A stretch of DNA of 64,000 nt from Octopus vulgaris (Eukaryota). The stretch spans positions 108,810,001-108,874,000 of the forward strand of contig OX597822.1 of NCBI GenBank assembly GCA_951406725.2. The letters run 5' to 3'. Position 1 is the first letter of the stretch; each line of letters opens with the position of its first letter. The position numbers and the translations under genes were made by a program. Under the pieces are notes generated by a model, which saw only the letters and a list, made by a program, of their open reading frames with translations, did not search any database and was not told the origin of the DNA. Of the stretch, positions 14,391 to 28,723 are shown piece by piece.

Positions 14391-16189
14391 TGTTTTCTTT
14401 CTCATCATGGGATAGAATCTCCACTCTTTACGTAAAAAGTGAACACCTCTTAGAGTGCACAATACGTTGGTCTAGTTTGACAGTGATACACAACAAGGTC
14501 GATGCATCGCAGTGTCTCAATGTCCTTTTATATCAATGAATCGCGTGTGTTATGAAAACATAACGTCTAAAAGGAATTTTCTCCGATGACAAAAATCACC
14601 AGCGATCAGATTAACGCCTTCTAATCTGCCAAAGCCTATTTAAAATAAACAGTTACGTTATTGTCTGTATACACGACGTTACTGATACCCTTCATGAATT
14701 ATTGTCTGATGATATATGTGAAAAGAAAGTATGTTAAAAGAAAATATTCTAAAACAAAAAACAGGCAGTGTCTGTCAAAATGGTTCACCAAATTTTCAGC
14801 AATTCCATTGACATCAAAATAATTTATAAAATGTTATAAATTACAATAGATATATGTTTGATTTGATAACACACCACACATTTTCTTGTGGGTAGGAATT
14901 CGATTGAATGGACGGCAGAATATGAGGGTGCCTATTTTACCGAGAAGATGCAAATTCGATTCCAATGCGATTTGAAATAAATATAAAAGTATATGAAATT
15001 TGATTATTACGTGGCAGTTTTTTGCATTTAAGGCCATCACTTATAATTATCACATTAGTATTTTCTGTAAAAACCTCTAATATTTTTCATATTAATCTAC
15101 AATGAGAATACCTTTTTGGAGTCAACATATCTATTGTACTTTTTATTATCAATATCATAATTTAGGCCAATTATGTTAAAAGATAATGGTTATGTCAGCC
15201 GACAGCTAGTCCCTGGAGGCGAGCTGGGTTGTAAAAGCCATTCTCCTGTCAAATTACCTCAAAATAACACATTTAGTATATTTCCTAATTTATATAGATT
15301 GCTTGATTATATGAAATTTACGTCGAATTAGAGACGAATGAGCTGAGTGTCCATCAGAATACAATAACATATTTAGTTACGAATTTCTACATTTCGATTT
15401 CAAATTTACTTTCGTCTCGCTTTCTTAAGTCCAATTCTGAAGGAATATATTTAGAATATCGCCACACATTAATGGTGGGCTGTGGAAATATCCTGGTGTA
15501 AAGATCATAAAGTATTTAATTAGATTCGTTGACTAAGATATGCCCCTCTTTTTTCTAACAACAAATTTAAAATAGTAGCCTTAAATGTGAGTGCTACTAA
15601 GTTTAACATGGCGGAGTCGGTAAATATATCTTCGAAGATATAGGAAATTAATCCAGAAAATAACCCATATGAATATATATTCAAAAATAGCACAGATAAT
15701 AATTATATGTCATTGATGAGATTGTATCAGTGATATGTGTGCGTACACGCGTTTGAAAGAAATGAAAAAAATAAACAATAATATATTTGAAAATATATTT
15801 TTTTTTGAAGTTGCATCTTCATTCAACTGCTGACAGAGAATATACACGAGAGAATGGCGCCTCGGAAGATATATAGAGATAAGTGACAGCCACAAAGTCG
15901 AAAAAATACATAAGTAAAATTTAAAATAAAACAATAATTAAAAGCTACTGTATATACTGGTGTAGTCAAGAAGTTAGTTCGTAACTAGGTGATACTTCTG
16001 CCGACATTATTACGCACCAAAGACATTACAATATTCGATATTCTGTTACATATTAGCAAAGCAATGTGTGTAAATCTGATAGGAAATAACAGGGAATTCT
16101 GCTATTTGTTTGTCTGTAAACTGGTAAGGCGCCAGTTACGTATGTCTGTAAACTAGTATCATATCAGTTACGACGACACTTACATTTGA

Positions 16190-16470
16190 TTCGATCAACA
16201 GAAATGTCTTCTCCTGATATTAACGTGCAAGTAGCTGAGAACAGCGCAGACACGCATAACTTCGACGTAGTTCTCAGGGAGAGTCAGCGTGACACAGATG
16301 TGAGAAAGTTGGCTCTTTAAAATACAAGTACGACTAATTTTTGCCTGCTGAGCGGGTTTCAGCACTGCCAAATAAAGTACCTTGATGAAGGACACAACCC
16401 ACAACCAGGTATGAAACTCACGACCACACGATCGTGAGCCAAATACCTTAACCACTAAGCCACGCACCTT
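16190..16470 (-). mobile_element. Diverged tRNA-derived SINE related to 57764-58144
   Basis: Minus strand gcgtggcttagtggttaagg A-box head; gtcacgctgactctccctgagaactacg body. Confidence 0.65.
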
Positions 16471-16489
16471 AACATCATGTATGTATATA

Positions 16490-17047
16490 TTGGCTTGTCC
16501 AGAAAGTTCGTGCCGATTTTTAAAGGAAAGAAAAAGGTCAATAAATACTTGCCATTGCATTTTTAATCAACCAAATATGAACCATTTCGTTGCACAATGC
16601 GTCTCCATTTTCCTTTACCTTTAAAATACCCTCTTCCCAGAAATGAGGTTGTTTCATGGCAAAGAATTCATCAAGGTATCTTTTTTACGTCATCCAAGGA
16701 ATTGAAATTTTTACCATTAAGAATATTCTGCAGAGACCTGAATAAGTGGAAATCTTAAGGAGCAATGTCTGATGAATAAGGATGGTGGGGCAACATATCC
16801 CAGCCGAGCTGCAGCAATTTTTGCTTGGTTCCCAAATCTTCAAATACCGAAAATGAACTTTCTTATCTTCCATTTTACAGAATTAACACAGGTTATAGGA
16901 ACATAAACCTTCTTCCATGAAAAGATAGCTTAAACCGTGCTCTAAATGGAGTTGTAATCAAATCCTATTTAATGGACTCAACCATGTTCTAAAATAAGTC
17001 GAAATGTAAGCTACTATAAATCGGCAAGAACTTTCCGGACAACCCAA
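16490..17047 (-). mobile_element. Internally deleted mariner (MITE-like) with TIRs and TA TSD
   Basis: TA|ttggcttgtccagaaagttcgtgccgattt ... aaatcggcaagaactttccggacaacccaa|TA; residual N-terminus MEDKKVHFRYL on the minus strand. Confidence 0.88.
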
Positions 17048-17344
17048 TACATTAAGGTCAACACAAAGTTTTTAGTGCATTGTCCATTTGTACTATCACC
17101 CCCTTATAAACCTTTGAATCCTTTAACCGAAAGTGTTTTCATCAAATTCTCATGCACCAGATAGTGAGGTTTCTGTATGAGTTGGGCTCTCATCAATTCA
17201 CACTATGTTTGTTTCTAGTCAACTGAGGATGATGGAAAGTTGTCGATTCTATAGGAAGATATCGAATGTATTTGGTATAAATGAACAGGAAAATTGATCT
17301 GGTGTCAGACAAATGATAGAGAAATAATAGTTACAAATGTTGCA

Positions 17345-17556
17345 ACAAGGGCAGCATTTTAGGGGAACGGATGAGTCAGTTACAACGACCGGAGTATCCA
17401 ACTGGTACTTAATTTAACGATCTCCAATGATGAAAGGCAAACTCAACCTCGGCGGAATTTGAACTCAGAAAGTAGCGACGGGCGAAATAACGTTAAGCAT
17501 TTCGTCGCCGCCTTTAGGATAATGAAATAATCTTTTCTGTCAGCTCCACCGCCTTA
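17345..17556 (-). mobile_element. SINE family A copy
   Basis: Reverse complement of ...ttctgagttcaaattccgccgagg...tttgcctttcatc...aagtaccag body. Confidence 0.7.
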
Positions 17557-18082
17557 GGATAGTGAAATAATAACAATTGAAAAATATACAAAGATAAAAG
17601 AGAACTACGGGAAAATAATTAGTTGAACAGAGAGAATCATATTTCAGTCGCTAAGCCTGACCGAAATTCACACTTCCGAGACCGTCTTTGTATACAAACT
17701 CTGGATGCATAATATTCAATCAAACTAACACGTTTATGTGACGTGTATTTTAACCAGATAGTAAGTACTTTTAACAAAATGGTGTGAATTTGAAGGATTT
17801 AAGTATTCATAGATGAGACAAAACTTGAGGTGCGACACTTATTTGTAATGCAAACTTCAAGCAGAACTCGTGATTCGAAACCAATTTACGTGTGCATGGA
17901 CGGAAAAAGCACACCTGATATAGTTTAGTCAAGCTATGAATAGGAAGACATTACCCTGGCTCTCTCTTTCTCTCTCACTCCCGATCTCTCTCTCTTTCTC
18001 TATCTCTCTTATAGAGATAAAAAATAGATAGACAGAGAGATTATATATATACACAAACACTCACAGACACACGCAGACACAC

Positions 18083-18113
<31 letters not shown>

Positions 18114-19008
18114 CTCACATGTATACACACAGAGAAGTACATTGGTGCAAAATAAGGTGGAAAGATAGTACTCAAATACCAAAAGTAGAATAATGTGCGT
18201 TTATTAAAGCTGAGATATTATCAGAGATCAATCACTCAGAGTTTCACCATTCCGTTCGTTGGACAGTTGTTTTCACAACGGATTCCGCAGCCTGCCCGAC
18301 ACGCATACACATATGTGTGTATTTGTTTATGCGTGTGTGTGCGTGCATGCGTGCGCGCGTGTGTGTGTGTCCGTGTGTACGTGGGTTCAAGTGCATGGAT
18401 TGTTGATAATTTATTTTCGCAACGGAAGAAAAATACTCCATATATACCGTAGAAAATGTATATGTCATATAACCATATTACACTCCTCAAAAAGTCATTC
18501 CAATTATCATGTTCCCTCATCGTTAAAGTGAAACATTTGGATATTTGAGACCTTCCTAATTATGTCAATGATCTTATAACACTAAGAAAAATCGGCACGT
18601 CGATTAAAAGATCATACAATACTGCAACCCGTGAATATTGCCCCTTTCCCTGTAGGGTAGCACTTCATTAGGTGATCATATGGTAGATTGCATAAGTACA
18701 TGGGAGTGAGTTGGCCTCGGTAAAGCTTAATATAACATTTGAACGCACTGTCTAAATTTTCGCAACCTGATGACTGGAACGTGTAAATAGTAAAATAAAT
18801 AAATGAATAGATCTATATATACTTTTCAACAAAGGCAAACCTATATCAAATAAATCATCACGAAGGAATTCTAAATTTGTTAATATCGTGTCCTAGGTTT
18901 TCCAATGTCTTTTAAGCCATTGACTGAGGTGTCTGTGTATTTTCCCATAGTTTACAAAACATATTCACTGATTCCGATTGATCTGAATACTTTGACACAC
19001 AAAAAGAG

Positions 19009-19049
<41 letters not shown>

Positions 19050-19320
19050 TGAATATAAAGATATACACACACATATGTATATATATATATACATATACAT
19101 ATAAATATATACATATATATATATATATATACATATACATAAATATATATATGTATACTTATACAAATATGTGTATATATATATATATATATAAATATAT
19201 ATATATATACATACACATACATATATCCACATACATAATAGTATGTATATGCGTCACTATATATACATTCTTAATCATACGTACATAATGGATAAGAATA
19301 TACAAATACACGCTCACACA

Positions 19321-19372
<52 letters not shown>

Positions 19373-20344
19373 ATAAGGGTAGATGGATATACATACAAAT
19401 ACATAAATATCGATGTATGTATATATTCCTCTATACCTACATATATACATATATTTAGATGTATGTTTATGCGTCACTATATACACATAAATAATTGCTA
19501 GATATATACGTATGTTTGCGTATGTCTGTATTTTGATTGCTGCCAATATCATGGGAACGGAAAATGTTTTAATTCGTAAACACGAAATATGATTCACTAA
19601 TAATTCTATATCTATTGATACTTTTCTATCCACCCACAATTATTCATAAATTTCGTTTCAGCTACACATATTAGCTGAAGATGCAGACACACGTTAACCC
19701 AACCCACACACACATACATAGAGGTATATATTTGAGTCCTAGTGTATATCCCTGTATGAATATGTACAGGTGTAGGTATGTGGATAATGAAGATGCTTCT
19801 CACCAGATGTCCTTGGGTTTAACCATACTGTGGAGAACTTAAAAAATTGCATAAAGTACGTCACCAACAATGTGGGATGGTGACATCGTATTTCTATGTT
19901 CCCCCTTCAAGATATACAACCCACATCTGACATATATCTTATGTTCTTTCATGTCTATATTACCATTAAGAAACATTTTTACTGAACCAAATAGAAATTT
20001 CTAGCAGAAATTGAATAGTAGGTTACTAAACCTTCAACCTACTATCCGCTATTTGCGATGATTTGGTAAGAACAATAACACAGTGGTGTTACATTCCATT
20101 CTTGGATAATGGTAGTTACATAAAAGGCCATGGCAAAACGTAAAAGTTTTGCCTCTTGTATGGCCAACTTTTATCAAAAGGAAGAAAAAAAAAAACACCC
20201 TTAACGTATTTTATTAATGAGAATCATATGATCTGATAGTTGTTTGGTGAAATATTTTCCACATTGTGCAAATGATAATAAAATAATGGATAAAAGCCTT
20301 GTGGGTTGGTTTGGTAGAATACCGACACACACACACAGATACAT

Positions 20345-20437
<93 letters not shown>

Positions 20438-20439
20438 AT

Positions 20440-20653
20440 AATAATATTAGGGAGTAAATCCAAACTTACAGGGAAAATTAGATTTAGGATTAAATCCAAT
20501 TTTATAGTATAAATATATTATATTAAATTAGAGATAAAACCACTATTAGGCAAATCAAACAGTGAAAATCACAAGCCAATACATAGAAATAAAATTAATT
20601 AAAAAAATATAAAAGTTAAAATTATAAAAATTATTTAAATAATTTAAACTTAT

Positions 20654-20694
<41 letters not shown>

Positions 20695-22159
20695 GTATGT
20701 ATATTTTCATATTATTTTATTTATTTATATATTTTTATTTATTTTTATTTTTATTTATTTATTTTTTATTTATTAATTTAAAAAAAAAATTTTTATGTCA
20801 TATAAATATCAAAAAGTATTAAATGTTTAATAAAAGATAAAGAGTAAAAACACTACGATCGTTTCATGGCTGTAACCAATTCGAATTACAATAATTTAAA
20901 TTCAATTAATAATTCAAATTATGGCTAGAGTCAATCTTCAGGTTAATTGTAATATTTTAATAAATAATCAGAAATATTTAAACAATATTCTTTAAGAAAT
21001 ATATAATATAATAATTATACGTATAAAAAAAATTCTATTATCAAAGTAGAAACTTAAAACTTAACGGTTATGATTATATCATAACATCTATTATAATGTT
21101 AAATATTAATTTTAATATCAAAGTATTAATTTTTAAGGTAAGAAACCCACCAATAATCTAATATCGTTAATAGTCAATATCTTATTACATAAATATTTTA
21201 CAAAAAAAAATGACTATTATATATAAATTATCAATGAAAATATATAAATGTATATAAATATTATAATTAAGATCTAAAATAATCTCTATATATAAATATA
21301 TATGAACATATAATAAAGACCTAATAAATTAATTTTTCATATTTAAAGATGAAATAGCTAATTTCGAAAATACAAACAAACAATCTTAAACGAACGGTAT
21401 AGCAAATTAACCATCTTTACATCTCGTTGTCTAAATAATAACTTTCGGAAATCTTATATTTATAATACTTAAAGAAATAATCAATTCGTAGTTATATACT
21501 ATCAAATAAATACTATAAATATAATTATCAATGGGAATAAAACTAGCAAATATCAATTTAAAAAGACAATATATAAGTTGAAATAAAAATTATACGAAAT
21601 GTAAAACTACAATTAATGCTATTAATACATGTATATACATAAACCTAAATTAAAACAACTCGTATACTTGCTATCAAAAAATATATATATCTGTAAGTAA
21701 AATCGTACGAATAAACTTAAAGTTAATATCAAATAATTATATAGAAAATTACGATAATTAGTTCATTACATAAACAACTATATTTACATAAAAAAACAAT
21801 ATTATTACACCAAAGACTTATAAAATATTATAATTTAACATTTTAAAGATCTTAACTATAAAAATATACTTAGCTTAGCGAAGTTTTTGATATTTATATA
21901 ATATTAAAGAAATTATTTAAAAACATTTTTTTAATAATTAATAAATAAATAAATAATTGAAAATACAAATAAATAAATAAATGAAAAAAATAATATAAAA
22001 ATATACACATAAATATATATATATATATATATATTTAAAATTTATAAGTTTAAATTATTTTTAACTTTTTTTATATATTTTAAATTAATTTTATTTCTAT
22101 GTATAGGCTTATGATTTTCACTGTTTGATTTGCCTAATAGTGGTTTTATCTCTAATTTA

Positions 22160-22170
<11 letters not shown>
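20440..22170. mobile_element. (TA)n-embedded fold-back element with ~270-bp inverted arms (about 20513-20800 / 21915-22170) and an AT-rich interior; Penelope-like
   Basis: attagagataaaaccactattaggcaaatcaaacagtgaaaatc is the reverse complement of gattttcactgtttgatttgcctaatagtggttttatctctaat; hammerhead-like motif at 20851-20945. Confidence 0.7.
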
Positions 22171-22990
<820 letters not shown>

Positions 22991-22999
22991 AAATAGAAA

Positions 23000-23552
23000 G
23001 ATGAATTTTCTTGTAACAGATTATTCAAAGGTTTAACCGATACCTGGTTAGCAAAAATCACAGCGGAAAACAGCACGTTTGGAGATGAGACCATTTGGTG
23101 TTGCAACCGTGCGTTGGAGCGGATAATGAAGTTTAATTGAATTTCGCCTGCCCAAATAGAAAAATAATCCCTTAAATTCTCAAGGATCTGTAAATTTGAA
23201 CTAGCTATAATAAACATGAAGGTCATTTCTCCCATCTTCCATTATACCGTAGTCTTATATCATCTCCACATGGCATAAAGCGAAAAGAGTCTCTCCACCA
23301 GCAATCCAGGTAATATCCTAGGTACAGATTCCATATCCGTGGTCCTAAACATAGACACGCAATAGGCAACAGGCGTGCCTTCTTCCATCCTAAACTCTGC
23401 CAGGTTTCTCCGCCCCTAAGAATATGCCAGCAACTCCATCTGAAAAGTAGAAAGCGATGAAAAATGCCAAGCAATACAGAAGTGCAACAATAATGATAAT
23501 CATTTATACCCTGCCTCCCAGCACCGGCCTCCAAAGAACCACGTCCGTCAGA
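23000..23552 (-). pseudogene. Highly decayed ORF1-like element, copy 2
   Basis: 5' motif gacggacgtggttctttgg resembles cggacgtgttttttgg at ~41980; [15 protein letters not shown] followed by a frameshifted knuckle remnant [14 protein letters not shown]. Confidence 0.45.
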
Positions 23553-24974
23553 AGAAAGTATGAGAAAATATTAATATCCAAAATAAATAAATAAATAAAT
23601 AATAAACAAGTTGAACGTAACACCTGCTCACAACTTTTACCAAAAATGTAACTCATGTTTACTAACATAACAAGAAAATAGAAAACCTGATCTAAGCCTG
23701 CAGATTCAAAAGCTTGTCGGCAGTCATCCAGCAAAATATGTTGGTACACTCACTATCAAGCAGAAGAACACATAATACGATCTATTCTATACACAAACGT
23801 CACGCAGTGTTGTGATTAAACATCGAAATACATAAAACATGGCCTTGAGAAAAGCACAAATATCAACCAAACTTCGTTTGAATGATTTTATTACGTGTAG
23901 GAGTTATCAACGCATCGCGCATCGCTCGAAAATGGAGGCTTCCATGCGTATATAATTCAATTTCTTAAAATAGTCTCTATGTTTCCTTCTTCTTCCTACC
24001 GGAAGCCTAACTGGAATACTTTTACATGTATTTCAGTCAGAAAATCCAAATTTCATCATCACTCGTGCAAATCGCAGTGGTCGAAATAGAGAAAGAGCTA
24101 TCATTTTTCGGCAAGGTACCTTTGCCTTGGATACAAATGGTATATTTTCTAATGGTGTCTGTCTCACTGTGCAACAAAGTTAATGACAAAACCCTTTTCG
24201 CTATTGATAGGCCTCCTCCCGATTAACTCAGCAATCTCAGCTCCTTTATCCTGCACATCTCTGAGAACATATTACTGATGGTTACATTTAACGTCTTAAT
24301 GTGAACTAAATTACAAATACCATTAAAAGCAACCAGTCAAAGCAATAACAAAACTGCTTTTTAGTATGGTGGATGTATTTGGCTTATTTCGAGCTTGTGC
24401 TTGAGGTAGCAAAACAAGACATGAAAAATTTGCACCTGATATTAACAGACCACCCAGGCTCCATTTGTAACAATTTATTTGAAAAATCTCTTCGTAGGTT
24501 CTAGACGGTACTGTGCAAACTTATGGCCTTGCTTTTTGCTTTTTGAGCCAAAAAAGTAACTAACTAACTTAGTGTTCGGCGTGCCTAAGCCAGATCATCA
24601 CTTCTGCCTCAGTATAAGCATTCGAAATCACCGATCGTCATGAGGCAGACAGGGAGGCAAGTAGAAAAAAATATTATCGACTGTTACTTCACAAATATTT
24701 CCTCTGATAGTGAATCAACATAGCAGCAGTTTGATATTATTGTCACGCTTACACGTTTAAAACACGTTCCTCTGAAACTCACGAAGACAAAGATAAGCAG
24801 ATTCACAAAAGTAAAAAAAAAATATATAGATGATGAGAAAAATGAAAAGTCTGAATTTCATGTAAGCATCAAATCAAATAAGTTCAATTAGCAGTATCTA
24901 CAATGTCTTCTGAGTTGGGAATAGTTATCGTATAAAAAACATGAAAATGTATGTGATCAAGTAAAGGCTGGAAA

Positions 24975-25104
24975 CTCTTTTACTTGTTTCAGTCATTTGA
25001 CTGCGGTCATGCTGGAGCACCGCCTTTAGTCGGGATTTATTATTTATAAGCCCAGTACTTATCCTATCGTCCTCTTTTGCCGAACCGCTATGTGACGGTG
25101 ACAA

Positions 25105-25108
<4 letters not shown>
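24975..25108 (-). mobile_element. SINE family B 3' part (mirror copy at 29033-29190, +)
   Basis: cttttacttgtttcagtcatttgactgcggtcatgctggagcaccgcctttagtcg. Confidence 0.8.
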
Positions 25109-25162
<54 letters not shown>

Positions 25163-26088
25163 TGCAGCAGGGATTTTTGTCAGTGAACAGGTCGCGATCT
25201 TAAAGCGACGAAAATATTTTGACAAAGTAAACTTAAATGTTGAAGTGAATCGAACGGCTTTTGTGTGTTTCTTAAATGACTTACAAACACCTTCCACGCT
25301 GCAATTGTTTTCGTTTCAGCACACGATCTCAGATCAAATCACTTGCTCTGCAACTACATCTCCGTAATATATATATGTGTGTGACATCGTGAGTACCGCT
25401 GGCGATTTTTTTCCTCTGTCTTCCCTTCTCGGGATCTTTCCTTCTCCTATGTTTACGACGAAGAGCTCCCTCGAAACGTTAAACCCTCCTTCTTCCCTTC
25501 TTTCCTCAGCGTCCAATAATATATATGTATATATATATATATATAATATTACAAAGCACACCATCCGCAACACATTTTATCCGACATAACGTTCAATAAA
25601 CCAGACATCATAATGGTGGTTTGTGGGTGACAAAAAAAGACAACGAAACACAAAAATACAGACAAACAGATATTTTCATAATGCTGGTTACTTTTTACAT
25701 AATTACATCTCTCAAGGATTTTTTAATAAATTTATCTGTTATAAAAATTACGACCTCACTGGTTTTCAGTCGATAGAATATGTGTATCTCTTTCTCGGAT
25801 GAAATCTAAATTTAATTATAGGTTCATCGTTAAATAATTTTATCACGACTACCTTAACAGTTTGCTAGAATGAAGCATTATAAGGTTTCTATTTTACATA
25901 AAAGTACTCTAATGTTTTTAGGGCTTAAATTGGTTTCTATATGTCCTTCTTCTCTAACTAGGTACATATATCCCTTTCTAAATTTAAAAACACAATTTTT
26001 ATTTACTATACAAAATATAATAACATATAAATTTTACTAAATTTTGAGTATACATTTCGCCTTTGTACCCTTACTGCCCATTTAGATG

Positions 26089-27316
26089 TTTCGAAAATTT
26101 TCACCGAAAATGTTACCCAAAAATTTTTCGAAAATTTTTGCCGAAAATTTTACCTAAAAATTTTACCCAAAAATTTTCACCGACAATTTTTGCCGAAAAT
26201 TTTACCCAAAAAGTTTTCGAAAATTTTCACCGGTAATTTTTGCCGAAAATTTTACCAAAAATTTTTCGAAAATTTTCACCGATAATTTTTGCCGAACATT
26301 TTAAAAAATCTTTTGAAAATTTTCACCGAAAATGTTACCCAAAAATTTTTTTTCGAAAATTTATGCCGAAAATTATACCCAAAAATTTTTCGAAAATTTT
26401 CACCGATAATTTTTGCCAAAAATTTTACAAAAAAAATTTTTCGAAAATTTTCACCGAATAATTTACCCAAAAATTTTCGAAAATTTTCACTGAAAATTTT
26501 ACCCAAAAATTTTTCGAAAATTTTCACGGAAAATATTACCTAAAAATTTTTGGAAAATTTTCAGCGAAAATGTTACCCTAAAATTTTTCGAAAATTTTTG
26601 CCGAAAATTATACACAAAAATTCTTTGCCAAAAATTTTTGCCAAAAATTTTTGGAAAATTTTCACCGAATAATTTACCCAAAAATTTTCGAAAATTTTCA
26701 CTGAAAATTTTACCCAAAAATTTTCAACAATTTTTCGAAAATTTTACCCAAAATTTTTCTAAATTTTACCCAAAAATTTTTTGAAAATTTTCACCGATAA
26801 TTTTTGCCAAAAATTTTACCTAAAAATTTTCGAAAATTTTCACCGAATAATTTACCCAAAAATTTTCGAAAATTTTCACTGAAAATTTTACCCAAAAATT
26901 TTCAATAATTTTTCGAAAATTTTCACCAAAGATTTTACCCAAAAATTTTTCGAAAATTTTCACCGATAATTTTTGCCGAACATTTTACCCAAAAATTTTT
27001 CGAAAATTTTCAAGGAAAATATTACTTAAAAATTTTTTGAAAATTTTCACCGAAAATTTTACCCAAAAATTTTTCGAAAATTTTTGCCGAAAATTATACC
27101 CAAAAATTTTTCGAAAATTTTACCCAAAACTTTTCAACAATTTTTCGAAAATTTTCACCAAAAATTTTACCAAAAAATTGGTCGAAAATTTTTACCGAAA
27201 ATTTTACACAGAAATTTTCACCAATAATTTTTCGAAAATTTTTGCCGAAAATTTTACCCAAAAATTTTTCGAAAATTTTGACATAATTTTAACCGAAAAT
27301 TTTTGGTTAAATTCTG
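26089..27316 (+). repeat. A4T4 satellite, 10-12 bp period (cgaaaattttc/acccaaaaattt), left arm
   Basis: direct reading. Confidence 0.95.
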
Positions 27317-27370
27317 TTTAAAATATTGCGGCGTTCTCTTCAGGAAAAAAACAGGAATTCCGTTGACAGG

Positions 27371-27482
27371 ACAAAACAAAACAGAGGCACAGCAATTCGA
27401 ACGATGATGCTCCTTAGGAGCCCATGGCTGAACTGTTTGTATATATCTTCGTTCGAATTGCTGTGCCTCTGTTTTGTTTTGT
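27371..27482. other. Central hairpin: 34-bp perfect stem, ~44-nt spacer containing gctcc-tta-ggagc
   Basis: acaaaacaaaacagaggcacagcaattcgaacga / tcgttcgaattgctgtgcctctgttttgttttgt. Confidence 0.9.
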
Positions 27483-28096
27483 TTTTCGAAAATTTTGACA
27501 GATAATTTTCACCGAAAATTTATGGTTAAAATTTTCTGTGAAAATTTTCAACAAATTTTTAGGTAAAATTTTCCGTGAAAATTTTCGAAAAATTTTTGGG
27601 TAAAATGTTCGGCAAAAATTATCGGTGAAAATTTTCGAAAAATTTTTTGGTAAAATTTTTGGTGAAAATTTTCGAAAAATTGTTGAAAAGTTTTGGGTAA
27701 AATTTTCCAAAAATTTTTATGTAAAATTTTCGAAAAATTTTTGGGTAAAATTTTACGTGAAAAGTTTCGAAAATTTTTGGGTAAATTATTCGGTAAAAAT
27801 TTTCGAAAAATTTTTGGGTAAAATTTTTGGCAAAAATTATCGGTGAAAATTTTCGAAAAATTTTTGGGTATAATTTTCGGCAAAAATTTTCGAAAAATTT
27901 TTGGGTAACATTTTCGGTGAAAATTTTCAAAAGATTTTTAGGCAAAAATTATCGGTGAAAATTTTCGAAAAATTTTTGGGTAAAATTTTCGGCAAAAATT
28001 GTCGGTCAAAATTTTTGGGTTAAATTTTTGGGTAAAATTTTCGGCAAAAATGTTCGAAAAATTTTTGGGTAACATTTTCGGTGAAAATTTTCGAAA
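27483..28096 (-). repeat. A4T4 satellite, right arm (inverted, about half the length of the left)
   Basis: direct reading. Confidence 0.95.
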
Positions 28097-28688
28097 CATC
28101 TAAATGGGCAGTAAGGGTACAAAGGCGAAATGTATACTCAAAATTTAGTAAAATTTATATGTTATTATATTTTGTATAGTAAATAAAAATTGTGTTTTTA
28201 AATTTAGAAAGGGATATATGTACCTAGTTAGAGAAGAAGGATATATATAAACCAATTTATGCCCTAAAAACATTAGAGTACTTTTATGTAAAATAGAAAC
28301 CTTATAATGCTTCATTCTAGCAAACTGTTAAGGTAGTCGTGATAAAATTATTTAACGATGAACCTATAATTAAATTTAGATTTCATCCGAGAAAGAGATA
28401 CACATATTCTATCGACTGAAAACCAGTGAGGTCGTAATTTTTATAACAGATAAATTTATTAAAAAATCCTTGAGAGATGTAATTATGTAAAAAGTAACCA
28501 GCATTATGAAAATATCTGTTTGTCTGTATTTTTGTGTTTCGTTGTCTTTTTTTGTCACCCACAAACCACCATTATGATGTCTGGTTTATTGAACGTTATG
28601 TCGGATAAAATGTGTTGCGGATGGTGTGCTTTGTAATATTATATATATATATATTATTGGACGCTGAGGAAAGAAGGGAAGAAGGAGG

Positions 28689-28723
28689 GTTTAACGTTTC
28701 GAGGGGAGCTCTTCGTCGGAAAC
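28689..28723 (-). ncRNA. Minimal hammerhead-like motif (mirror copy 25451-25484, +)
   Basis: GUUU CCGACGA A GAG-CUCCC-CUC GAAAC GUU AAAC: stem I GUUU/AAAC, palindromic AACGUU; U4C core variant. Confidence 0.45.

Noticed and set aside
24000-24268. Host exons flanking the palindrome (also 29911-30129 and 45868-46020)
   Set aside because: Short frames with stops and no recognisable domain; the last resembles a decayed RTE LINE tail.
26240-27945. KIFRKF-repeat ORFs
   Set aside because: Satellite translations on both strands with no coding signal.
26089-28096. Telomere end-to-end fusion
   Set aside because: No TTAGGG array, and the polarity is C-rich then G-rich, the opposite of a fusion.
26089-28096. 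CRISPR-like array
   Set aside because: No unique spacers, no cas genes, eukaryotic context.
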